Positions 1-10,881 of a stretch of DNA of 64,000 bases are shown one piece after another. Each line of letters begins with the position of its first letter. Position 1 is the stretch's first letter. Below the pieces are notes generated by a model. It saw only the letters and a list, made by a program, of their open reading frames with translations. It was not told the origin of the DNA and did no database searches. Source of the DNA: Auanema rhodensis. Its lineage: Eukaryota; Animalia; Nematoda. The stretch lies in contig OZ059897.1 of assembly GCA_964057225.1 (NCBI GenBank), positions 21,142,001 through 21,206,000 of the forward strand. Direction: 5' to 3'. A program made the position numbers and the translations under genes.

Positions 1-4
1 CGAG

Positions 5-26
5 GATATAAGTGTAAACTTATATC
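5..26. other. Intra-monomer perfect 9-bp inverted repeat with 4-nt GNRA-type loop (shown in M1; intact in most monomers)
   Basis: GATATAAGT (5-13) / ACTTATATC (18-26); the loop is GTAA or GTGA. Confidence 0.9.
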
Positions 27-40
27 AGTTGATATCTCGG

Positions 41-99
41 TGCATTTTTAAGCTAGCGCAAATCTGATAACACAGATCGACGCAGCTTAAAAATCCGCA
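41..99. other. Intra-monomer long imperfect inverted repeat (~59 nt; shown in M1)
   Basis: ATTTTTAAGCT (44-54)/AGCTTAAAAAT (84-94) is a perfect 11-bp pair, plus TGC/GCA (41-43/97-99), GCG/CGC (56-58/81-83) and ATCTG/CAGAT (62-66/73-77); loop ATAACA. Confidence 0.88.
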
Positions 100-177
100 T
101 CGAATGCACTATACTACATTGAGAAACGCTTAATACAAAAATTAGTTATGATCGTTTGAAAAATGATGCATTAGTGT

Positions 178-205
178 ATGTTGAGTTTCCATGTACACTC
201 AACAT
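178..205. other. Intra-monomer perfect 9-bp inverted repeat with 10-nt spacer, inside the most conserved part of the monomer (shown in M1)
   Basis: ATGTTGAGT (178-186)/ACTCAACAT (197-205); spacer TTCCATGTAC. Confidence 0.9.
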
Positions 206-219
206 TGCTTCCAAAAACA

Positions 220-252
220 TTTTGACAAAAATTTTTTCGAAAAATTTCAAAA
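220..252. other. A/T-tract dyad centred on TTCGAA (shown in M1)
   Basis: TTTTGACAAAAATTTTTTCGAAAAATTTCAAAA has a 12-bp perfect core TTTTTCGAAAAA and outer arms TTTTGA/TCAAAA. Confidence 0.85.
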
Positions 253-2457
253 TAATTTAGCAAAAAGTAGATGTTTTTAGATTCCTTTTTTCAAAGCAAA
301 GACGATGGACAATGTTATTCAACGAAAAAATTAATTCTTCAGGGTGAAAATCGAGGATATAAGTGTGAACTTATATCAGTTGATATCTCGGTGCATTTTT
401 AAGCTAGCGCAAATCTGATAACACAGATCGACGCAGCTTAAAAATCCGCATCGAATGCATTATACTACATTAAAAAACGCTTAATACAAAAATTAGTTAT
501 GATCGTTTGAAAAATGATGCATTAGTGTATGTTGAGTTTCCATGTACACTCAACATTGCTTCCAAAAACATTTTGACAAAAATTTTTTCGAAAAATTTCA
601 AAATAATTTAGCAAAAAGTAGATGTTTTTAGATTCCTTTTTTCAAAGCAAAGACGATGGACAATGTTATTCAACGAAAAAATTAATTCTTCAGGGTGAAA
701 ATCGAGGATATAAGTGTGAACTTATATCAGTTGATATCTCGGTGCATTTTTAAGCTAGCGCAAATCTGATAACACAGATCGACGCAGCTTAAAAATCCGC
801 ATCGAATGCACTATACTACATTGAGAAAAGCTTAATACAAAAATTAGTTATGATCGTTTGAAAAATGATGCATTAGTGTATGTTGAGTTTCCATGTACAC
901 TCAACATTGCTTCCAAAAACATTTTGACAAAAATTGTTTCGAAAAATTTCAAAATAATTTAGCAAAAACTAGATGTTTTTAGATTCCTTTTTTCAAGGCA
1001 AAGACGATGGACAATGTTATTTAACGAAAAAATTAATTCTTCAGGGTGAAAATCGAGGATATAAGTGTAAACTTATATCAGTTGATATCTCGGTGCATTT
1101 TTAAGCTAGCGCAAATCTGATAACACAGATCGACGCAGCTTAAAAATCCGCATCGAATGCACTATACTACATTGAGAAACGCTTAATACAAAAATTAGTT
1201 ATGATCGTTTGAAAAATGATGCATTAGTGTATGTTGAGTTTCCATGTACACTCAACATTGCTTCCAAAAACATTTTGACAAAAATTTTTTCGAAAAATTT
1301 CAAAATAATTTAGCAAAAAGTAGATGTTTTTAGATTCCTTTTTTCAAAGCAAAGACGATGGACAATGTTATTCAACGAAAAAATTAATTCTTCAGGGTGA
1401 AAATCGAGGATATAAGTGTGAACTTATATCAGTTGATATCTCGGTGCATTTTTAAGCTAGCGCAAATCTGATAACACAGATCGACGCAGCTTAAAAATCC
1501 GCATCGAATGCATTATACTACATTAAAAAACGCTTAATACAAAAATTAGTTATGATCGTTTGAAAAATGATGCATTAGTGTATGTTGAGTTTCCATGTAC
1601 ACTCAACATTGCTTCCAAAAACATTTTGACAAAAATTTTTTCGAAAAATTTCAAAATAATTTAGCAAAAAGTAGATGTTTTTAGATTCCTTTTTTCAAAG
1701 CAAAGACGATGGACAATGTTATTCAACGAAAAAATTAATTCTTCAGGGTGAAAATCGAGGATATAAGTGTGAACTTATATCAGTTGATATCTCGGTGCAT
1801 TTTTAAGCTAGCGCAAATCTGATAACACAGATCGACGCAGCTTGAAAATCCGCATCGAATGCACTATACTACATTGAGAAAAGCTTAATACAAAAATTAG
1901 TTATGATCGTTTGAAAAATGATGCATTAGTGTATGTTGAGTTTCCATGTACACTCAACATTGCTTCCAAAAACATTTTGACAAAAATTGTTTCGAAAAAT
2001 TTCAAAATAATTTAGCAAAAAGTAGATGTTTTTAGATTCCTTTTTTCAAGGCAAAGACGATGGACAATGTTATTTAACGAAAAAATTAATTCTTCAGGGT
2101 GAAAATCGAGGATATAAGTGTAAACTTATATCAGTTGATATCTCGGTGCATTTTTAAGCTAGCGCAAATCTGATAACACAGATCGACGCAGCTTAAAAAT
2201 CCGCATCGAATGCACTATACTACATTGAGAAACGCTTAATACAAAAATTAGTTATGATCGTTTGAAAAATGATGCATTAGTGTATGTTGAGTTTCCATGT
2301 ACACTCAACATTGCTTCCAAAAACATTTTGACAAAAATTTTTTCGAAAAATTTCAAAATAATTTAGCAAAAAGTAGATGTTTTTAGATTCCTTTTTTCAA
2401 AGCAAAGACGATGGACAATGTTATTCAACGAAAAAATTAATTCTTCAGGGTGAAAAT

Positions 2458-5400
2458 CGAGGATATAAGTGTGAACTTATATCAGTTGATATCTCGGTGC
2501 ATTTTTAAGCTAGCGCAAATCTGATAACACAGATCGACGCAGCTTAAAAATCCGCATCGAATGCACTATACTACATTAAAAAACGCTTAATACAAAAATT
2601 AGTTATGATCGTTTGAAAAATGATGCATTAGTGTATGTTGAGTTTCCATGTACACTCAACATTGCTTCCAAAAACATTTTGACAAAAATTTTTTCGAAAA
2701 ATTTCAAAATAATTTAGCAAAAAGTAGATGTTTTTAGATTCCTTTTTTCAAAGCAAAGACGATGGACAATGTTATTCAACGAAAAAATTATATCTTCAGG
2801 GTGAAAATCGAGGATATAAGTGTGAACTTATATCAGTTGATATCTCGGTGCATTTTTAAGCTAGCGCAAATCTGATAACACAGATCGACGCAGCTTAAAA
2901 ATCCGCATCGAATGCACTATACTACATTGAGAAACGCTTAATACAAAAATTAGTTATGATCGTTTGAAAAATGATGCATTAGTGTATGTTGAGTTTCCAT
3001 GTACACTCAACATTGCTTCCAAAAACATTTTGACAAAAATTTTTTCGAAAAATTTCAAGATAATTTAGCAAAAAGTAGATGTTTTTAGATTCCTTTTTTT
3101 AAGGCAAAGACGATGGACAATGTTATTTAACGAAAAAATTAATTCTTCAGGGTGAAAATCGAGGATATAAGTGTAAACTTATATCAGTTGATATCTCGGT
3201 GCATTTTTAAGCTAGCGCAAATCTGATAACACAGATCGACGCAGCTTAAAAATCCGCATCGAATGCACTATACTACATTGAGAAACGCTTAATACAAAAA
3301 TTAGTTATGATCGTTTGAAAAATGATGCATTAGTGTATGTTGAGTTTCCATGTACACTCAACATTGCTTCCAAAAACATTTTGACAAAAATTTTTTCGAA
3401 AAATTTCAAAATAATTTAGCAAAAAGTAGATGTCTTTAGATTCCTTTTTTCAAGGCGAAGACGATGGACAATGTTATTCAACGAAAAAATTAATTCTTCA
3501 GGGTGAAAATCGAGGATATAAGTGTAAACTTATATCAGTTGATATCTCGGTGCATTTTTAAGCTAGCGCAAATCTGATAACACAGATCGACGCAGCTTAA
3601 AAATCCGCATCGAATGCACTATACTACATTAAAAAACGCTTAATACAAAAATTAGTTATGATCGTTTGAAAAATGATGCATTAGTGTATGTTGAGTTTCC
3701 ATGTACACTCAACATTGCTTCCAAAAACATTTTGACAAAAATTTTTTCGAAAAATTTCAAGATAATTTAGCAAAAAGTAGATGTTTTTAGATTCCTTTTT
3801 TCAAGGCAAAGACGATGGACAATGTTATTTAACGAAAAAATTAATTCTTCAGGGTGAAAATCGAGGATATAAGTGTAAACTTATATCAGTTGATATCTCG
3901 GTGCATTTTTAAGCTAGCGCAAATCTGATAACACAGATCGACGCAGCTTAAAAATCCGCATCGAATGCACTATACTACATTGAGAAACGCTTAATACAAA
4001 AATTAGTTATGATCGTTTGAAAAATGATGCATTAGTGTATGTTGAGTTTCCATGTACACTCAACATTGCTTCCAAAAACATTTTGACAAAAATTTTTTCG
4101 AAAAATTTCAAAATAATTTAGCAAAAAGTAGATGTCTTTAGATTCCTTTTTTCAAGGCAAAGACGATGGACAATGTTATTCAACAAAAAAATTAATTCTT
4201 CAGGGTGAAAATCGAGGATATAAGTGTAAACTTATATCAGTTGATATCTCGGTGCATTTTTAAGCTAGCGCAAATCTGATAACACAGATCGACGCAGCTT
4301 AAAAATCCGCATCGAATGCACTATACTACATTGAGAAACGCTTAATACAAAAATTAGTTATGATCGTTTGAAAAATGATGCATTAGTGTATGTTGAGTTT
4401 CCATGTACACTCAACATTGCTTCCAAAAACATTTTGACAAAAATTTTTTCGAAAAATTTCAAGATAATTTAGCAAAAAGTAGATGTTTTTAGATTCCTTT
4501 TTTCAAGGCAAAGACGATGGACAATGTTATTTAACGAAAAAATTAATTCTTCAGGGTGAAAATCGAGGATATAAGTGTAAACTTATATCAGTTGATATCT
4601 CGGTGCATTTTTAAGCTAGCGCAAATCTGATAACACAGATCGACGCAGCTTAAAAATCCGCATCGAATGCACTATACTACATTGAGAAACGCTTAATACA
4701 AAAATTAGTTATGATCGTTTGAAAAATGATGCATTAGTGTATGTTGAGTTTCCATGTACACTCAACATTGCTTCCAAAAACATTTTGACAAAAATTTTTT
4801 CGAAAAATTTCAAAATAATTTAGCAAAAAGTAGATGTCTTTAGATTCCTTTTTTCAAGGCAAAGACGATGGACAATGTTATTCAACAAAAAAATTAATTC
4901 TTCAGGGTGAAAATCGAGGATATAAGTGTAAACTTATATCAGTTGATATCTCGGTGCATTTTTAAGCTAGCGCAAATCTGATAACACAGATCGACGCAGC
5001 TTAAAAATCCGCATCGAATGCACTATACTACATTGAAAAACGCTTAATACAAAAATTAGTTATGATCGTTTGAAAAATGATGCATTAGTGTATGTTGAGT
5101 TTCCATGTACACTCAACATTGCTTCCAAAAACATTTTGACAAAAATTTTTTCGAAAAATTTCAAGATAATTTAGCAAAAAGTAGATGTTTTTAGATTCCT
5201 TTTTTCAAGGCAAAGACGATGGACAATGTTATTTAACGAAAAAATTAATTCTTCAGGGTGAAAATCGAGGATATAAGTGTAAACTTATATCAGTTGATAT
5301 CTCGGTGCATTTTTAAGCTAGCGCAAATCTGATAACACAGATCGACGCAGCTTAAAAATCCGCATCGAATGCACTATACTACATTGAGAAACGCTTAATA

Positions 5401-8400
5401 CAAAAATTAGTTATGATCGTTTGAAAAATGATGCATTAGTGTATGTTGAGTTTCCATGTACACTCAACATTGCTTCCAAAAACATTTTGACAAAAATTTT
5501 TTCGAAAAATTTCAAAATAATTTAGCAAAAAGTAGATGTCTTTAGATTCCTTTTTTCAAGGCAAAGACGATGGACAATGTTATTCAACAAAAAAATTAAT
5601 TCTTCAGGGTGAAAATCGAGGATATAAGTGTAAACTTATATCAGTTGATATCTCGGTGCATTTTTAAGCTAGCGCAAATCTGATAACACAGATCGACGCA
5701 GCTTAAAAATCCGCATCGAATGCACTATACTACATTGAAAAACGCTTAATACAAAAATTAGTTATGATCGTTTGAAAAATGATGCATTAGTGTATGTTGA
5801 GTTTCCATGTACACTCAACATTGCTTCCAAAAACATTTTGACAAAAATTTTTTCGAAAAATTTCGAAATAATTTAGCAAAAAGTAGATGTTTTTAGATTC
5901 CTTTTTTCAAGGCAAAGACGATGGACAATGTTATTCAACGAAAAAATTAATTCTTCAGGGTGAAAATCGAGGATATAAGTGTAAACTTATATCAGTTGAT
6001 ATCTCGGTGCATTTTTAAGCTAGCGCAAATCTGATAACACAGATCGACGCAGCTTAAAAATCCGCATCGAATGCACTATACTACATTGAGAAACGCTTAA
6101 TACAAAAATTAGTTATGATCGTTTGAAAAATGATGCATTAGTGTATGTTGAGTTTCCATGTACACTCAACATTGCTTCCAAAAACATTTTGACAAAAATT
6201 TTTTCGAAAAATTTCAAAATAATTTAGCAAAAAGTAGATGTCTTTAGATTCCTTTTTTCAAGGCAAAGACGATGGACAATGTTATTCAACAAAAAAATTA
6301 ATTCTTCAGGGTGAAAATCGAGGATATAAGTGTAAACTTATATCAGTTGATATCTCGGTGCATTTTTAAGCTAGCGCAAATTTGATAACACAGATCGACG
6401 CAGCTTAAAAATCCGCATCGAATGCACTATACTACATTGAAAAACGATTAATACAAAAATTAGTTATGATCGTTTGAAAAATGATGCATTAGTGTATGTT
6501 GAGTTTCCATGTACACTCAACATTGCTTCCAAAAACATTTTGACAAAAATTTTTTCGAAAAATTTCAAAATAATTTAGCAAAAAGTAGATGTTTTTAGAT
6601 TTCTTTTTTCAAGGCAAAGACGATGGACAATGTTATTCAACGAAAAAATTATTTCTTCAGGGTGAAAATCGAGGATATAAGTGTGAACTTATATCAGTTG
6701 ATATCTCGGTGCATTTTTAAGCTAGCGCAAATCTGATAACACAGATCGACGCAGCTTAAAAATCCGCATCGAATGCACTATACTACATTAAAAAAGGCTT
6801 GATACAAAAATTAGTTATGATCGTTTGAAAAATGATGCATTAGTGTATGTTGAGTTTCCATGTACACTCAACATTGCTTCCAAAAACATTTTGACAAAAA
6901 TTTTTTCGAAAAATTTCAAAATGATTTAGCAAAAAGTAGATGTTTTTAGATTCCATTACTCAAGGCAAAGACGATGAACAATGTTATTCGACGAAAAAAT
7001 TATTTCTTCAGGGTGAAAATCGAGGATATAAGTGTGAACTTATATCAGTTGATATCTCGGTGCATTTTTAAGCTAGCGCAAATCTGATAACACAGATCGA
7101 CGCAGCTTAAAAATCCGCATCGAATGCACTATACTACATTAAAAAACGCTTAATACAAAAATTAGTTATGATCGTTTGAAAAATGATGCATTAGTGTATG
7201 TTGAGTTTCCATGTACACTCAACATTGCTTCCAAAAACATTTTGACAAAAATTTTTTCGAAAAATTTCAAAATAATTTAGCAAAAAGTAGATGTTTTTAG
7301 ATTCCTTTTTTCAAAGCAAAGACGATGGACAATGTTATTCAACGAAAAAATTATATCTTCAGGGTGAAAATCGAGGATATAAGTGTGAACTTATATCAGT
7401 TGATATCTCGGTGCATTTTTAAGCTAGCGCAAATCTGATAACACAGATCGACGCAGCTTAAAAATCCGCATCGAATGCACTATACTACATTGAGAAACGC
7501 TTAATACAAAAATTAGTTATGATCGTTTGAAAAATGATGCATTAGTGTATGTTGAGTTTCCATGTACACTCAACATTGCTTCCAAAAACATTTTGACAAA
7601 AATTTTTTCGAAAAATTTCAAGATAATTTAGCAAAAAGTAGATGTTTTTAGATTCCTTTTTTTAAGGCAAAGACGATGGACAATGTTATTTAACGAAAAA
7701 ATTAATTCTTCAGGGTGAAAATCGAGGATATAAGTGTAAACTTATATCAGTTGATATCTCGGTGCATTTTTAAGCTAGCGCAAATCTGATAACACAGATC
7801 GACGCAGCTTAAAAATCCGCATCGAATGCACTATACTACATTGAGAAACGCTTAATACAAAAATTAGTTATGATCGTTTGAAAAATGATGCATTAGTGTA
7901 TGTTGAGTTTCCATGTACACTCAACATTGCTTCCAAAAACATTTTGACAAAAATTTTTTCGAAAAATTTCAAAATAATTTAGCAAAAAGTAGATGTCTTT
8001 AGATTCCTTTTTTCAAGGCGAAGACGATGGACAATGTTATTCAACGAAAAAATTAATTCTTCAGGGTGAAAATCGAGGATATAAGTGTAAACTTATATCA
8101 GTTGATATCTCGGTGCATTTTTAAGCTAGCGCAAATCTGATAACACAGATCGACGCAGCTTAAAAATCCGCATCGAATGCACTATACTACATTAAAAAAC
8201 GCTTAATACAAAAATTAGTTATGATCGTTTGAAAAATGATGCATTAGTGTATGTTGAGTTTCCATGTACACTCAACATTGCTTCCAAAAACATTTTGACA
8301 AAAATTTTTTCGAAAAATTTCAAGATAATTTAGCAAAAAGTAGATGTTTTTAGATTCCTTTTTTCAAGGCAAAGACGATGGACAATGTTATTTAACGAAA

Positions 8401-10881
8401 AAATTAATTCTTCAGGGTGAAAATCGAGGATATAAGTGTAAACTTATATCAGTTGATATCTCGGTGCATTTTTAAGCTAGCGCAAATCTGATAACACAGA
8501 TCGACGCAGCTTAAAAATCCGCATCGAATGCACTATACTACATTGAGAAACGCTTAATACAAAAATTAGTTATGATCGTTTGAAAAATGATGCATTAGTG
8601 TATGTTGAGTTTCCATGTACACTCAACATTGCTTCCAAAAACATTTTGACAAAAATTTTTTCGAAAAATTTCAAAATAATTTAGCAAAAAGTAGATGTCT
8701 TTAGATTCCTTTTTTCAAGGCAAAGACGATGGACAATGTTATTCAACAAAAAAATTAATTCTTCAGGGTGAAAATCGAGGATATAAGTGTAAACTTATAT
8801 CAGTTGATATCTCGGTGCATTTTTAAGCTAGCGCAAATCTGATAACACAGATCGACGCAGCTTAAAAATCCGCATCGAATGCACTATACTACATTGAGAA
8901 ACGCTTAATACAAAAATTAGTTATGATCGTTTGAAAAATGATGCATTAGTGTATGTTGAGTTTCCATGTACACTCAACATTGCTTCCAAAAACATTTTGA
9001 CAAAAATTTTTTCGAAAAATTTCAAGATAATTTAGCAAAAAGTAGATGTTTTTAGATTCCTTTTTTCAAGGCAAAGACGATGGACAATGTTATTTAACGA
9101 AAAAATTAATTCTTCAGGGTGAAAATCGAGGATATAAGTGTAAACTTATATCAGTTGATATCTCGGTGCATTTTTAAGCTAGCGCAAATCTGATAACACA
9201 GATCGACGCAGCTTAAAAATCCGCATCGAATGCACTATACTACATTGAGAAACGCTTAATACAAAAATTAGTTATGATCGTTTGAAAAATGATGCATTAG
9301 TGTATGTTGAGTTTCCATGTACACTCAACATTGCTTCCAAAAACATTTTGACAAAAATTTTTTCGAAAAATTTCAAAATAATTTAGCAAAAAGTAGATGT
9401 CTTTAGATTCCTTTTTTCAAGGCAAAGACGATGGACAATGTTATTCAACAAAAAAATTAATTCTTCAGGGTGAAAATCGAGGATATAAGTGTAAACTTAT
9501 ATCAGTTGATATCTCGGTGCATTTTTAAGCTAGCGCAAATCTGATAACACAGATCGACGCAGCTTAAAAATCCGCATCGAATGCACTATACTACATTGAA
9601 AAACGCTTAATACAAAAATTAGTTATGATCGTTTGAAAAATGATGCATTAGTGTATGTTGAGTTTCCATGTACACTCAACATTGCTTCCAAAAACATTTT
9701 GACAAAAATTTTTTCGAAAAATTTCGAAATAATTTAGCAAAAAGTAGATGTTTTTAGATTCCTTTTTTCAAGGCAAAGACGATGGACAATGTTATTCAAC
9801 GAAAAAATTAATTCTTCAGGGTGAAAATCGAGGATATAAGTGTAAACTTATATCAGTTGATATCTCGGTGCATTTTTAAGCTAGCGCAAATCTGATAACA
9901 CAGATCGACGCAGCTTAAAAATCCGCATCGAATGCACTATACTACATTGAGAAACGCTTAATACAAAAATTAGTTATGATCGTTTGAAAAATGATGCATT
10001 AGTGTATGTTGAGTTTCCATGTACACTCAACATTGCTTCCAAAAACATTTTGACAAAAATTTTTTCGAAAAATTTCAAAATAATTTAGCAAAAAGTAGAT
10101 GTCTTTAGATTCCTTTTTTCAAGGCAAAGACGATGGACAATGTTATTCAACAAAAAAATTAATTCTTCAGGGTGAAAATCGAGGATATAAGTGTAAACTT
10201 ATATCAGTTGATATCTCGGTGCATTTTTAAGCTAGCGCAAATTTGATAACACAGATCGACGCAGCTTAAAAATCCGCATCGAATGCACTATACTACATTG
10301 AAAAACGATTAATACAAAAATTAGTTATGATCGTTTGAAAAATGATGCATTAGTGTATGTTGAGTTTCCATGTACACTCAACATTGCTTCCAAAAACATT
10401 TTGACAAAAATTTTTTCGAAAAATTTCAAAATAATTTAGCAAAAAGTAGATGTTTTTAGATTTCTTTTTTCAAGGCAAAGACGATGGACAATGTTATTCA
10501 ACGAAAAAATTATTTCTTCAGGGTGAAAATCGAGGATATAAGTGTGAACTTATATCAGTTGATATCTCGGTGCATTTTTAAGCTAGCGCAAATCTGATAA
10601 CACAGATCGACGCAGCTTAAAAATCCGCATCGAATGCACTATACTACATTAAAAAAGGCTTGATACAAAAATTAGTTATGATCGTTTGAAAAATGATGCA
10701 TTAGTGTATGTTGAGTTTCCATGTACACTCAACATTGCTTCCAAAAACATTTTGACAAAAATTTTTTCGAAAAATTTCAAAATGATTTAGCAAAAAGTAG
10801 ATGTTTTTAGATTCCATTACTCAAGGCAAAGACGATGAACAATGTTATTCGACGAAAAAATTATTTCTTCAGGGTGAAAAT
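2458..10881. repeat. Duplicated block: 13-mer (2458-7020) followed by 11-mer (7021-10881), with an internal 2-mer alternation
   Basis: Markers repeat in the same order: TTATATCTTC (M8/M21), TTTTTTTTAAGG (M9/M22), GGCGAAG (M10/M23), TTCGAAAT (M17/M28), TTTGATA+ACGATTA (M19/M30), CCATTACT (M20/M31). The second copy has one fewer CAAGAT/GTCTTT dimer. Confidence 0.85.

Larger units (their letters stand above)
1..2457. repeat. 3-mer higher-order repeat (1053-bp period)
   Basis: M1=M4=M7; M2=M5 (private CATTATAC); M3~M6 (GAGAAAAG, TTGTTTCG). Confidence 0.85.

Noticed and set aside
1-60. Helitron 3' end (hairpin followed by CTAG at 53-56)
   Set aside because: The hairpin is AT-rich, the spacing is atypical and CTAG is followed by C rather than T. 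A transposon origin is neither shown nor excluded.
311-327. CENP-B box-like motif (minus strand TTTCGTTGAATAACATT)
   Set aside because: It matches only the TTCG....A half and lacks the essential CGGG.
240-351. Hammerhead ribozyme, as known in newt, schistosome and cave-cricket satellites
   Set aside because: The minus strand has CTGAAGA (plus-strand TCTTCAG, 336-342), but I found no stem II closing directly onto GAAA and no stems I/III. The plus-strand CTGATAA misses the CUGANGA core. An Infernal/Rfam scan of a dimer would settle it.
1-351. Assignment to a named satellite (Drosophila 359-bp/1.688, Tribolium 340-360 bp families) or an internal 2 x 175 subunit structure
   Set aside because: Only length and AT content are similar. 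I could not recognise sequence identity, and I saw no clear direct similarity between the two halves.
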